From: Candidatus Solincola daggyaiensis
GTDB lineage: Bacteria; Actinomycetota; Geothermincolia; Geothermincolales; RBG-13-55-18
Reading direction: 5' to 3'
Length of the DNA stretch: 59,596 nt
Assembly: GCA_015711825.1 (NCBI GenBank)
Contig: JACVJD010000003.1
Coordinates: forward strand, 1-59,596
Shown: positions 1 through 8,722 of the stretch, piece after piece
Layout: every line of letters begins with the position of its first letter
Numbering within the stretch: position 1 is the stretch's first letter
The notes under the pieces: generated by a model
What the model saw: the letters and a program-made list of their open reading frames with translations, nothing else
Database searches by the model: none
Told to the model about the DNA's origin: nothing
Made by a program: the position numbers and the translations under genes

Positions 1-154
1 CAAGACATAGGGGTCACCAGACATGGGGGTCACGCCTCTTTTTATGTCCGGGGCGCGGGGGTAGGGTTTCTTTGATGTCTCAGACATGAAACGGGGCTTA
101 GACATGAAACGGGGCTTGACCCCAATGTCCGGGGTTGACCCGCCGCAGACATAG
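1..154. repeat. Cluster of GACAT-containing repeats: partial copy (3-18) and full copy (19-50) of a 32-nt palindromic element, plus a tandem 18-mer AGACATGAAACGGGGCTT (82-99, 100-117)
   Basis: Read directly. AGACAT/ATGTCY occurs about 8 times in 154 nt. The 19-50 copy (AGACATGGGGGTCACGCCTCTTTTTATGTCCG) recurs at 24763-24795 (reverse) and twice at 46644-46706. Confidence 0.75.
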
Positions 155-160
155 ATATAT

Positions 161-177
161 ATTTCATTATATGAATT
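161..177 (+). promoter_or_regulatory. Candidate MarR operator/promoter: inverted repeat TTCAT-TAT-ATGAA in an AT-rich tract just upstream of the MarR gene
   Basis: ATTTCATTATATGAATT is 18 nt upstream of the GTG start at 195. A related motif (ATTTCATATTATG, reverse strand) lies at 697-711 upstream of the adh gene. Confidence 0.35.
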
Positions 178-194
178 AATAACTAGGGGGCGGC

Positions 195-671
195 GTGGAG
201 CGAAAGAAGATATTCTCCCATCTTCCCGAGATCGAGAGGCTTTACACCCTCTTCGACTACACCACCACCCTGTGGGAGGCCAAGGAGCTCTCCCTCTACC
301 ATATCGATAAGGTGGAGTTCTACCTCCTACTGCTTTTACGCTTCCGCGAGGATCTGCGCATGAAAGACATGGCGGAGCTTCTCTCCCTCAACAACTCCAC
401 CCTCACCCAAGTGGCGAATCGCTGTGAGAGGAAAGGCCTTATAAAGAGGGAAAAGGGGAAGAACGATCGGCGGGAGACCATACTCAAATTCACGCCCAAG
501 GGGCGTAAGTTGATCGACAACATCGTCAGTCACCGCCAGGCCCTCTTCTTCCCGGTTTGGGAGAAGGTGAATGAGGATGACATCAGGGGTTTCCTGAACG
601 TGCTGCGCACGGTGGTGGAGACCCTCGAGGACCGGGTAGCGTATCTGGAGCACCTCAAGCGCCCGTGGTGA
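195..671 (+). CDS. MarR-family transcriptional regulator
   Basis: 158-aa ORF with GTG start preceded by GGGGG. Winged-helix region (MKDMAELLSLNNSTLTQVANRCERKGLIKREKGKNDRRE) is typical of MarR. Confidence 0.85.
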   Translation: MERKKIFSHLPEIERLYTLFDYTTTLWEAKELSLYHIDKVEFYLLLLLRFREDLRMKDMAELLSLNNSTLTQVANRCERKGLIKREKGKNDRRETILKFTPKGRKLIDNIVSHRQALFFPVWEKVNEDDIRGFLNVLRTVVETLEDRVAYLEHLKRPW

Positions 672-696
672 ACGACAGGTGAGAGAATATAATAGT

Positions 697-711
697 ACAT
701 AATATGAAATG
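697..711 (-). promoter_or_regulatory. Second copy of the ATTTCAT-WW-TATG operator-like motif, next to a TATAAT hexamer (688-693), in the marR-adh intergenic region
   Basis: The reverse complement of 696-712 is ACATTTCATATTATGTA, close to ATTTCATTATATGAAT at 161-177. Confidence 0.3.
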
Positions 712-937
712 TTCGGCCCGTCGGTCAGGGGCAGGCTTTTCGCAAACTCCCGGCCAGACGGAAAGGCGTGCGCGATCCGGAGGTAAACACCTCTCGCATA
801 TATGGATTGCCGGTACCCCGAGGCGGGTATCCAGGTATAAAACGCGGGAAGGGCCATGAAAGCGGCTGTCCGCTGGGGAAACCCGGCGAGATGATTTAGG
901 AACAAGTAAAGTAGCGCACGGGAAAGGGGGAAGAGCC

Positions 938-1969
938 ATGAAAGCGGCTGTCTGGCACGCGCAGCGGGACATGCGGATCGAGGACATCCCGGAGCCGGAG
1001 GTGGGGCCGGAGGACGTGAAGATCAAGGTGGCCTATGCGGGTATCTGCCACACCGACGTTTTCGAGTACCTCTACGGCCCGCAGACGGTTTTCAACCCGC
1101 CGCTGGCCCTGGGGCACGAGTTCTCGGGCGTGGTGGAGGAGGTGGGGGAGAAGGTGACCGGCCTGGCCAAAGGGGACCCGGTTACCGGCCTGCCCTACTA
1201 TCCCTGCTGGGAATGCGCCTACTGCAAAGAAAACCTGTGGAACCTGTGCCCGGGCGCCCAGGCCCACGGCATGCACATCCACGGCGCCTTCGCCGAGTAC
1301 GTGCCCCTTCACTACAAGGGGGTCTATAAGCTCCCCGAGGGAGTGAGCCTGGAGGAGGCCGCAACCGTGGAGCCCACCTCGGTGGTCTATCGCGCCGTGA
1401 AGCGCTCCGGGCTGAGGCCGGGTGAGAGCGTGCACATCGTGGGAGCGGGCCCGGTGGGTTTGCTCCTGGCCAACGTGGCGAAATACAAGGGGGCGGAGAA
1501 GATAGTGGTCAGCGAGCCCCTGGAGATCAGACGCCGGAAGGCGCTGGAGATGGGGGCCACCCATGTCATCAACCCGGAGACGGAAGACGTCCTCGGCAAG
1601 GTGTACGAGATCTGCGAGGGCGTGGGCGCGCACGTGAGCTTCGACTGCGTGGGCAGCGCGGCCACCCTGGACACCGCCGTTTACTCCACCCGCCGCAACG
1701 GCCGCGTCGGCATTTTGGGCTTCGCCTTCTATGAATCGCCCACCTATCCCCTCATGCTGCTGGCCGCCTTTGCCGGCGAATATACCTACTTCGCCACCTT
1801 GGGCTACAACGTGGAGATGAAGGAAGTGGTGGACCTGATGGGAAAGGGCGAGCTGCACCCCGGCCAGGTGATCAGCGACGTCATCCCCTTCGACGACATC
1901 GTGGACTTCTTCGACCACTTCGAGGAGAACCGCCGCAGCCACCTCAAAGTGCTGCTCAAGATGGGGTAG
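938..1969 (+). CDS. Zn-dependent alcohol dehydrogenase (MDR family)
   Basis: 343 aa. GHEFSG catalytic-zinc motif, structural-zinc Cys cluster CWECAYCKENLWNLC, Rossmann motif GAGPVG. SD GGGGGAAGAG precedes the ATG. Confidence 0.9.
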   Translation: MKAAVWHAQRDMRIEDIPEPEVGPEDVKIKVAYAGICHTDVFEYLYGPQTVFNPPLALGHEFSGVVEEVGEKVTGLAKGDPVTGLPYYPCWECAYCKENLWNLCPGAQAHGMHIHGAFAEYVPLHYKGVYKLPEGVSLEEAATVEPTSVVYRAVKRSGLRPGESVHIVGAGPVGLLLANVAKYKGAEKIVVSEPLEIRRRKALEMGATHVINPETEDVLGKVYEICEGVGAHVSFDCVGSAATLDTAVYSTRRNGRVGILGFAFYESPTYPLMLLAAFAGEYTYFATLGYNVEMKEVVDLMGKGELHPGQVISDVIPFDDIVDFFDHFEENRRSHLKVLLKMG

Positions 1970-2123
1970 AGGGATCGTCATGAGTCGGAAGTCCTCGTGC
2001 GAAAACGGTTGGAGCGCGTTCATGGCGACAAAGTCGGGCAGGTGGCCGGGAACGGCGTTGAGGGCTTTATGCCATGACCATTCGGACCGGCTGATGACAG
2101 TAAGATGGGGCAGGTGACGGGCC

Positions 2124-3641
2124 ATGACCTTGAGGGAGCTGCTGCAGTCGCGGGCGGCGGAGACGGGCGACCGCCCCGCGGTGATCTATAAGGACCAGCC
2201 CATCACCTACCGCGAACTGGAGGCCAGGGTGGTGCGCTTCGCCAATGCCCTGGCGGGCCTGGGCTTGGGGCGCGACGACAAGGTGGCCATCATGCTCAAC
2301 AACTGCCCCGAGTTCATCGTGGCCTACTTCGCCTGCGCCTACCTGGGGGCGGTGGCGGTCCCGGTGAACATCTTCTACAAGGAAAGGGAGCTCGAGTTCC
2401 TGCTGCGCGACTCGGACGCCGTGGCCCTAGTGGCCACCCCCACCTTCGCGGAGTTCTTCTCGAAGATCGAGGAGAAGCCTCCGCTCTTCCGGCACCTCAT
2501 CGTCACCGCGCCCTACCCCGAGGGGTTGCTCTTCCAGGAGCTGGAAGACGGTGCCTCGGACGCGCCGGTGGAGGCCGCGGTAAGCGAGGACGACGTGGCG
2601 GAGATCCTCTATACCTCCGGTACCACCGGGGTCCCCAAGGGGACCATGCTCACCCAGGGCAACCTCTTCTTCCACGCCGACGCCATCATCCAGGTGCTGG
2701 AGCTGGTGGAGGAGGACCGCGCCCTCATGGTGGTGCCCATGTTCCACGGCTACGGCATCACCGTCATGCTCTGCTGCTTCCGGGTGGGGACCTGCTTCGT
2801 GCTCCTCGACCCCTTCAACCCCGAGGAGGTCTTCCAGGCCGTCGAGCGGCACCGCGTCACCTTCCTGCCCATGGTGGTGGCCATGTACTTCATGCTCTAC
2901 CACCACCCCGAGCGGGAGAAGTACGACCTCTCCTCGCTGCGCATCGGCATCTCCGGGGCCTCGGCCATGCCGGCGCAGCTCATGAAGGACGCCTCCGAGG
3001 CCTTCGGCATAAAGATCCTCGAGGCCTGGGGGCTCACGGAATGCTCCGCCTCCGCCACCATCCAGCGCATGAACATGCCCTACAAGGAGGGTAGCGTGGG
3101 CCTCGCCCACCCCGGAGTGGAGGTGGGGGTGATGGATGACGAGGGCAACCTCCTCGGGCCCAACCAGGTGGGCGAGCTGGTCATCCGGGGGCCGCTGGTG
3201 ATGAAGGGGTATTACAAGCGCCCCGAGGAGACGGAGGCGGCGCTACGCGGAGGCTGGCTGCACTCCGGGGACATGGGGTACTACGACGAGGACGGCTACT
3301 TCTTCATGGTGGACCGCAAGAAGGAGATGGTCAACGTGGGGGGCGAGAAGGTCTTCCCCCGCGAGGTGGAAGAGCTCATGTACACCCACCCCGCCATCGC
3401 CGAGGCGGCCCTGGTGCCGCAGCCCGACGCCCGGCTGGGCGAGATCCCGGTGGCGGTGGTGACGCTCAAGCCCGGCGCCTCCCTCACCGAGGGCGAGCTG
3501 GTGGAGTTTCTCTCCGGCAAGCTGGCCCGCTTCAAGGTGCCGCGCCGGGTGGTGATCATGGAGAGCCTGCCGCGCAACCCCATCGGCAAGATCGTCAAGA
3601 AGGAACTGGTGCGCATGCTCCAGGAGGAGACCGGCTACTGA
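2124..3641 (+). CDS. AMP-dependent acyl-CoA synthetase/ligase
   Basis: 505 aa. AMP-binding signature YTSGTTGVPKG, GDMGYYDEDGYFFMVDRKK, C-terminal GKIVKKEL. Confidence 0.9.
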   Translation: MTLRELLQSRAAETGDRPAVIYKDQPITYRELEARVVRFANALAGLGLGRDDKVAIMLNNCPEFIVAYFACAYLGAVAVPVNIFYKERELEFLLRDSDAVALVATPTFAEFFSKIEEKPPLFRHLIVTAPYPEGLLFQELEDGASDAPVEAAVSEDDVAEILYTSGTTGVPKGTMLTQGNLFFHADAIIQVLELVEEDRALMVVPMFHGYGITVMLCCFRVGTCFVLLDPFNPEEVFQAVERHRVTFLPMVVAMYFMLYHHPEREKYDLSSLRIGISGASAMPAQLMKDASEAFGIKILEAWGLTECSASATIQRMNMPYKEGSVGLAHPGVEVGVMDDEGNLLGPNQVGELVIRGPLVMKGYYKRPEETEAALRGGWLHSGDMGYYDEDGYFFMVDRKKEMVNVGGEKVFPREVEELMYTHPAIAEAALVPQPDARLGEIPVAVVTLKPGASLTEGELVEFLSGKLARFKVPRRVVIMESLPRNPIGKIVKKELVRMLQEETGY

Positions 3642-3700
3642 TGGGGTCAGGTCTTGCTTTGTGCGTATCTGAGACGAGCTGTCGTTAATAAAAGCGCTGG

Positions 3701-5011
3701 TTGGAGGAGAGTAAATTGGGAAATATTACCAATATTAACGGAGTATGCAAAAAACAAGACCTGACCCCTTATATCGGCTATTTTTGCGGTTATGTGCCGG
3801 TGGAGCTTATCCACGCCGCGGGTTTCACTCCCGTGCGCCTGTTGCAGGGGCCGCCCCCCGGCGAGGTGGCCGGCAGGTACATGCAGCCCTTCTGCTGTTC
3901 CTTCGCCCGCAGCCTCCTGGAGGGGCTGGGTGACGGCACCTACGCCCACCTCTCGGCGGTGGTCATGCCTCACACCTGCGACACTATCCGCAACCTCTCC
4001 GACCTGGTGGGGTCCGCCGCGCCGAGAATGCGCGTGCTGCGGCTCATGGTGCCCACCGTCACCCATACCTCCGAGGCGGCGGATTTCATGCTCGCGGAGA
4101 CGGGCGCCCTGAAGGAGGCGCTCGAGGAACTCGCCGGGGAAGAGGTTAGCGGCGAGAGGCTGTTCCAGAGCATCCGCCTCTACAACCGCTGCCGCAACGC
4201 CCTCGCCGGGCTGCGTGCCCTGGGTTTCGACAATCGCACGCTATATTCGGCGTATTTGGCTTTCCAGCTAATGGATCCCGAGGATTTTCTCGACCTCATG
4301 GGTGCACCCTCGCGCTTATCCGCCAGCCTGGAAGAATCGCTTTCGCCCGCTTCTCATCTTTCATGTCCACAACCTTCCTCCCCGCCGCCCCCAGGCGGGA
4401 AAAGGGAAGCCCCGCGCCTTTTCACCCCACCCGCATACTTTTCGCCACCACTTGAAGGAAAGGGTGTTTCGCACCCTGCCGCTTCCCGACCATTCAAGGA
4501 TCCCTCGCGCCCCGACGCGGCCGGATACGAAGAACAAGCGAGACTGGCGGCGCCGGGTATAGGGCGCATCAAGGTGGCTCTGGTGGGAGGACCGGTTCCG
4601 CAGTTGGAGTTCTTCGACCTGCTGGAGGAGTACGGTCTCGAGGTGGTCTGGGACGACCTCTGCACCGCCTCCCGCTTCGCCGCCGGGACGGTGCGGGAGA
4701 GCGGGGACCCGCTGCGCGCCCTGGCCGAGCGCTACCTGCGGCGGCGCCCCTGCCCCACCAAGCGCGACCCCGACAACCGCCGCGAGGAGGAGTTGCTGGC
4801 GGGGATCGCGGCCGGAGGCGCGCGAGGGGTGGTCTTCGTCCAGCAGGCCTTCTGCGAGTTCCACTCCTTCGACTACCCGGGGCTGAAGCGGAGGCTGGAC
4901 GCCGAGAGCATCCCCTCGGTGCGGCTGGACCTCGAGCATCCCTTCGCCCCCACCGGCCAGATGCGCACGCGGCTGCAGGCGCTATCCGAGATGATGAGCG
5001 AGGGGAGGTGA
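3701..5011 (+). CDS. 2-hydroxyacyl-CoA dehydratase / benzoyl-CoA reductase B/C family subunit (HGD-D fold) with an in-frame Pro/Ser-rich insertion of about 87 aa
   Basis: The N-terminal YFCGYVPVELIHAAGFTPVRL and C-terminal FCEFHSFDYPGLK blocks are typical of the family. The start may be TTG at 3716, 7 nt after GGAGGAG. The insertion is at roughly 4301-4561. Confidence 0.75.
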   Translation: MEESKLGNITNINGVCKKQDLTPYIGYFCGYVPVELIHAAGFTPVRLLQGPPPGEVAGRYMQPFCCSFARSLLEGLGDGTYAHLSAVVMPHTCDTIRNLSDLVGSAAPRMRVLRLMVPTVTHTSEAADFMLAETGALKEALEELAGEEVSGERLFQSIRLYNRCRNALAGLRALGFDNRTLYSAYLAFQLMDPEDFLDLMGAPSRLSASLEESLSPASHLSCPQPSSPPPPGGKREAPRLFTPPAYFSPPLEGKGVSHPAASRPFKDPSRPDAAGYEEQARLAAPGIGRIKVALVGGPVPQLEFFDLLEEYGLEVVWDDLCTASRFAAGTVRESGDPLRALAERYLRRRPCPTKRDPDNRREEELLAGIAAGGARGVVFVQQAFCEFHSFDYPGLKRRLDAESIPSVRLDLEHPFAPTGQMRTRLQALSEMMSEGR

Positions 5012-5016
5012 CGGCG

Positions 5017-6204
5017 ATGGGCAAGAGGCTGAAGCTGCCCTGCGAGGAAACCATGAAGGAGACCATGACCGCCTACTACACCGAGGCCTTCACCTCCGAC
5101 AGGCCCAAGGCCTGGGTCACCTCGGGGGCCCCGGTGGAGCTGCTGCTGGCGGCGGACGTCATCCCCATCTTTCCCGAGAACTACGGCGCCATGATCGGGG
5201 CGCAGCGCCTGGGAGGGGACCTCTGCTCCGCCGCCGGGGACCTGGGCTTCGACGACTGCGTGTGCTCCTACGCCCGCTGCACCATCGCCTCCACGGAACG
5301 GGGCGAGGGGCCGCTGGGAGCGCTGCCCGCTCCCGACCTCCTGCTCGCCTGCAACAACGGCTGCGGCACCATGTTCAAGTGGTACGAGGTGCTCAGCCGG
5401 CGCTTCCGCGTGCCCCTGCTCTTCTTCGACACCCCCTACTGCGACGGGGAGCCAACCCCGCGGGAAAAAGAATACCTGGTGCGCCAGCTGGAACGCATCA
5501 TCGCGGATCTGGGGGACATCCTGGGCCGGGAGGTGGACCGCGACCGCCTGTGGGAGACCTTGCGTCTGTCCAGCGACACCGCCAGGCTGTGGACCGAGAT
5601 CCAGGAGCTGCGCAAGGCCCGCCCCTGCCCCCTGAACTCGCCGGACATGTTCCTGCACATGGCGCTCATCGTCACCCTGCGCGGCACGGAGACGGCTTAC
5701 AGATATTACCAGGAGATGCTCGCGCAGGTGCGGGAGCGGGTGGAGGCGGGGATCGGCGCGGTGGAGGGCGAGCGCTACCGCCTGCTCTGGGACCACATCC
5801 CGCCCTGGTACGCCCTGCGCGACTTCTTCGGCTTCTGCGCGGAGCTGGGCGCCTGCTTCGCGGTGGACACCTACACCAACGTCTGGCGGGGGGAGTTCGA
5901 CCCCTACCGCCCCCTGGAGAGCCTGGCGGAATGCTACCAGATGGTCATGCCCAACCTGCGCCTGCCCTGGCGGGCGGCCATGTACGTGGACTATATACGT
6001 GAATACGCCATCGACGGCTTCGTCATCCACTCCAACCATTCCTGCAAGAGCTACTGCCTGGGGGAGTACGAGATCGCCCGCCGCATCACCGCGGAGACGG
6101 GGGTGCGCGGGGTCATCCTGGAGGCGGATATGGTTGACCCCAAGTTCTATTCCGAGTCGCAGGTCAAGCAGATGATGGCGGCTTTTCTCGAGTCGCTGGA
6201 CTGA
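5017..6204 (+). CDS. 2-hydroxyacyl-CoA dehydratase family subunit (partner of the preceding gene)
   Basis: About 395 aa. Family-typical PVELLLAADVIPIFPENYGA and SNHSCKSYCLGEYEI. ATG at 5017 follows GGGAGGTGA; GTG at 5008 is an alternative start overlapping the upstream stop. Confidence 0.8.
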   Translation: MGKRLKLPCEETMKETMTAYYTEAFTSDRPKAWVTSGAPVELLLAADVIPIFPENYGAMIGAQRLGGDLCSAAGDLGFDDCVCSYARCTIASTERGEGPLGALPAPDLLLACNNGCGTMFKWYEVLSRRFRVPLLFFDTPYCDGEPTPREKEYLVRQLERIIADLGDILGREVDRDRLWETLRLSSDTARLWTEIQELRKARPCPLNSPDMFLHMALIVTLRGTETAYRYYQEMLAQVRERVEAGIGAVEGERYRLLWDHIPPWYALRDFFGFCAELGACFAVDTYTNVWRGEFDPYRPLESLAECYQMVMPNLRLPWRAAMYVDYIREYAIDGFVIHSNHSCKSYCLGEYEIARRITAETGVRGVILEADMVDPKFYSESQVKQMMAAFLESLD

Positions 6205-6216
6205 AAAGGAGGGCCC

Positions 6217-6990
6217 ATGGATTACGAGACGCTCATCTACGAGGTGGAGGGGCCGGTGGGGACCCTGACCCTCAACCGCCCCAGGTCGGTGAACGCCGTC
6301 AACCGGCAGATGATGGAAGAGCTGCTGGACTTCTGGGAGCGGCGCCAGCAGGACTTCGACACCAGCGTGATCATCCTCACCGGGGCGGGCGAGAAGGGCT
6401 TCTGCGCCGGCTTTGACCTCAAGGACGCCACGGAGGGTTATTCCGCGGAGGGGATGACCCCCGAGAACATCTACCGCAAACAGGCGCGATTCTCGGGCAT
6501 CCTCAAACTCATGCGCACCTGCCCCCAGCCCATCATCGCCGCCGTGCACGGCTACGCCATGGGGGCGGGCATGTCCTTCGCCATGGCCTCGGACATCCGC
6601 ATCGCCAGCCGCGACGCGGTTTTCTGCGCCGCCTACATCAACATCGGCGTGGGCGGTGCGGACCTGGCCTCGAGCTACCTGCTGTGGCGCCTGGTGGGCT
6701 TCGGCAAGGCGGCGGAGATGTGCTACACCGGCGACCGCGTGCCCGCCGAGGAGGCCTGGCGCATCGGGCTGGCGGACCGCCTGTGCGAGCGGGACGAGCT
6801 CCTGGCCCAGGCCGGCGCCCTGGCCCAGAACCTCGCCTACAAGAGCCCTTTCGCGCTGCACCTCACCAAGGAGGCCCTGAACGCGGGGCTCAACGCCTCC
6901 TGCATGGACGAGGCATTGATGATGGAGAACCGCAACCAGTCCTACATGCTCACCATGCAGCTCATGAAGTACCTGGAGCAGCAGCGATAA
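6217..6990 (+). CDS. Enoyl-CoA hydratase/isomerase (crotonase) family protein
   Basis: 257 aa. GAGEKGFCAGFDL and HGYAMGAG oxyanion-hole segments. SD AAGGAGGG. Confidence 0.9.
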   Translation: MDYETLIYEVEGPVGTLTLNRPRSVNAVNRQMMEELLDFWERRQQDFDTSVIILTGAGEKGFCAGFDLKDATEGYSAEGMTPENIYRKQARFSGILKLMRTCPQPIIAAVHGYAMGAGMSFAMASDIRIASRDAVFCAAYINIGVGGADLASSYLLWRLVGFGKAAEMCYTGDRVPAEEAWRIGLADRLCERDELLAQAGALAQNLAYKSPFALHLTKEALNAGLNASCMDEALMMENRNQSYMLTMQLMKYLEQQR

Positions 6991-7011
6991 CCGCTGGGAA
7001 GGAGGGATGAC

Positions 7012-7449
7012 ATGGACCTGGTGGAGAAACTGGATCACGTGGCGTTCGCGGTGAGGGATAAGCACCGGGCGGCGAACTACCTCACCAACGTGCTAGGGGC
7101 GAAGGAGGTCTTCGACATGGAGTGGGGCGGCTTCCGCTTCACCACTTTTCTCATGGGATCGGGGAGCATGCTGGAGCTGGTCTATGCCGACGACCCCGAC
7201 TCCTTCGTCAACCGCTTTATAGAGAAGCGCGGCGAGGGGGTGCACCACCTCACCTTCAAGGTGCGCGACATCGAGGAGATGGTGGAGCACCTGCGCTCGC
7301 GCGGACTTAACCCCTTCGACATCAACACCTCCAATGAATTATGGAAGGAGTGCTACATCCATCCCCGTGAGGGCATGGGCACCCTCATCCAGTTCGCCGA
7401 GTTCCCCGAGGAGGAATGGGTAAAGATCTGGGAGCAGTCGCGGAAATAG
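7012..7449 (+). CDS. VOC (glyoxalase / methylmalonyl-CoA epimerase-like) family protein
   Basis: 145 aa. LDHVAFAV...GVHHLTFKV paired beta-alpha-beta-beta-beta pattern. Confidence 0.75.
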   Translation: MDLVEKLDHVAFAVRDKHRAANYLTNVLGAKEVFDMEWGGFRFTTFLMGSGSMLELVYADDPDSFVNRFIEKRGEGVHHLTFKVRDIEEMVEHLRSRGLNPFDINTSNELWKECYIHPREGMGTLIQFAEFPEEEWVKIWEQSRK

Positions 7450-7467
7450 CTGTACAAGAATAAAAAA

Positions 7468-8145
7468 CTAGTTGATAATCTCGAAGAGCTCCATAGGCCC
7501 CTTCTTGAAGGCGATGACCTCGCATCCCTCTTGACCGGGTGCTTCATCGCCCCATTGGAACCATCCCGGCCGACCGTGCCGCGCGAACAATTCCAGGTAG
7601 GGGCCGGGGCTGCAACGCTCGATTATATCGTAGAGCTCGTCCGGTTTTCTGGAGTGCTCGCGCTTCCTGCTGCGAATGATATTGACCTGGGTTCTTCCCG
7701 GCTTCGCGGTTCTCAGATTGCCCCGCACGCCGAAAAGCACCAGCTCCGTGACGTTGCGGAAATAAAATCCCACGCCACGACCGTCCGGGCCGCCATCTTT
7801 TCGGATCTTGTACCATACCAGGTTGGTCTTGTAATTGAACCCCCAGCTCTTCATGACCTCAAGTCCCTCGAGTATCAGGGCGTTCGGAACCCAGAGGTAG
7901 AGATGGCTCTGGGGCGCCGAGATCCGGGAAACCGGCAGCTCCGCTATCTCCTTCAGGGACATGGTCACGTATCTCTTCAATCTCTTGTGCTCCGGCGCCA
8001 TCTTTCCGGTTCTGTTCATGAACTGCCACGGCGGATCGGCAAGGATGGTGCCGAATCTTCCCGTCCCCAGCTCAAGCAGGTCGCTTGCGGTGTTTCTTGC
8101 GGCGCTTCCAGCGGATTTACCGATTTCCCATTCCTCAATCCTCAA
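7468..8145 (-). CDS. MT-A70-family (MunI-like) DNA N6-adenine methyltransferase of a type II R-M pair
   Basis: Catalytic ILADPPWQF motif followed by conserved WVWPNALI-like LYLWVPNALILEG. The best start is TTG at 8145, 7 nt after AGGAGG and overlapping the endonuclease stop. The maximal ORF extends to GTG at 8199. Confidence 0.8.
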   Translation of the reverse strand: MRIEEWEIGKSAGSAARNTASDLLELGTGRFGTILADPPWQFMNRTGKMAPEHKRLKRYVTMSLKEIAELPVSRISAPQSHLYLWVPNALILEGLEVMKSWGFNYKTNLVWYKIRKDGGPDGRGVGFYFRNVTELVLFGVRGNLRTAKPGRTQVNIIRSRKREHSRKPDELYDIIERCSPGPYLELFARHGRPGWFQWGDEAPGQEGCEVIAFKKGPMELFEIIN

Positions 8146-8722
8146 CGTACAACCTCCTGGAGATGCCGAATACCAGCACCGGGCGCCCTCCTCCTCCACC
8201 GCCTTCGATACGCGGCAGCAGTTTGCTCATGTGCGTCGTCGATGCTCCGTACGAGGCTCCTTTTCCCAATTCTTCGAAGACCTCCTGCAATTCATCGCAT
8301 CTGGTTATTATTATACCGACGCTGATGACACGCAGCTCGAACAGGAGGCGGAAGTTGTTCAAATCCCGGTCATAGAACGGATCCTTGTTGTTCCACTCGA
8401 TCTCTATAGCCACCCTGTTCTTATAGCAATCCACCTTGTGAGTCGGCGACTTTATCTCGTCCTCGTCGACAACCATCTTGGTGTCGAAACCCCTCTCGAC
8501 CCAGCCTCTCGCCGCGAACATGGAGTTGAACTTCTCCGATATAGGGGAGAGTCGCCCTCCTGGCTTTGTAATGTCGCTGCGCAGGAGGCGAAACCTGGTG
8601 AGGACATCCGCGATCTCTTCCCATTCGTCTGGGAAATCCTGACTCAGGATGGCACATGCGTGCTTCCACTCATGTATCTCGTAATGTGAGCGGATGAATT
8701 CGGGGATACGGCCTATGGCCAT
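8135..8722 (-). CDS. Type II restriction endonuclease, BglII/BstYI-like PD-(D/E)XK fold
   Basis: 195 aa from ATG 8722 (SD GAGGGAGAGGG). Candidate catalytic D-X8-E-X-E (VDCYKNRVAIEIEWNNKD) has the same spacing as the BglII D-X8-E-X-Q motif. It overlaps the methyltransferase start. Confidence 0.55.
   Translation of the reverse strand: MAIGRIPEFIRSHYEIHEWKHACAILSQDFPDEWEEIADVLTRFRLLRSDITKPGGRLSPISEKFNSMFAARGWVERGFDTKMVVDEDEIKSPTHKVDCYKNRVAIEIEWNNKDPFYDRDLNNFRLLFELRVISVGIIITRCDELQEVFEELGKGASYGASTTHMSKLLPRIEGGGGGGRPVLVFGISRRLYVED

Noticed and set aside
4873-7065. 730-aa minus-strand ORF. Similar long antisense ORFs are at 896-2125, 28252-29352, 36665-38350, 38372-39529, 17193-18350 and 15520-16866.
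   Set aside because: All lie opposite genes with clear family motifs, have Arg/Gly/His/Pro-rich low-complexity translations and show no recognisable domains. They are treated as high-GC shadow ORFs.
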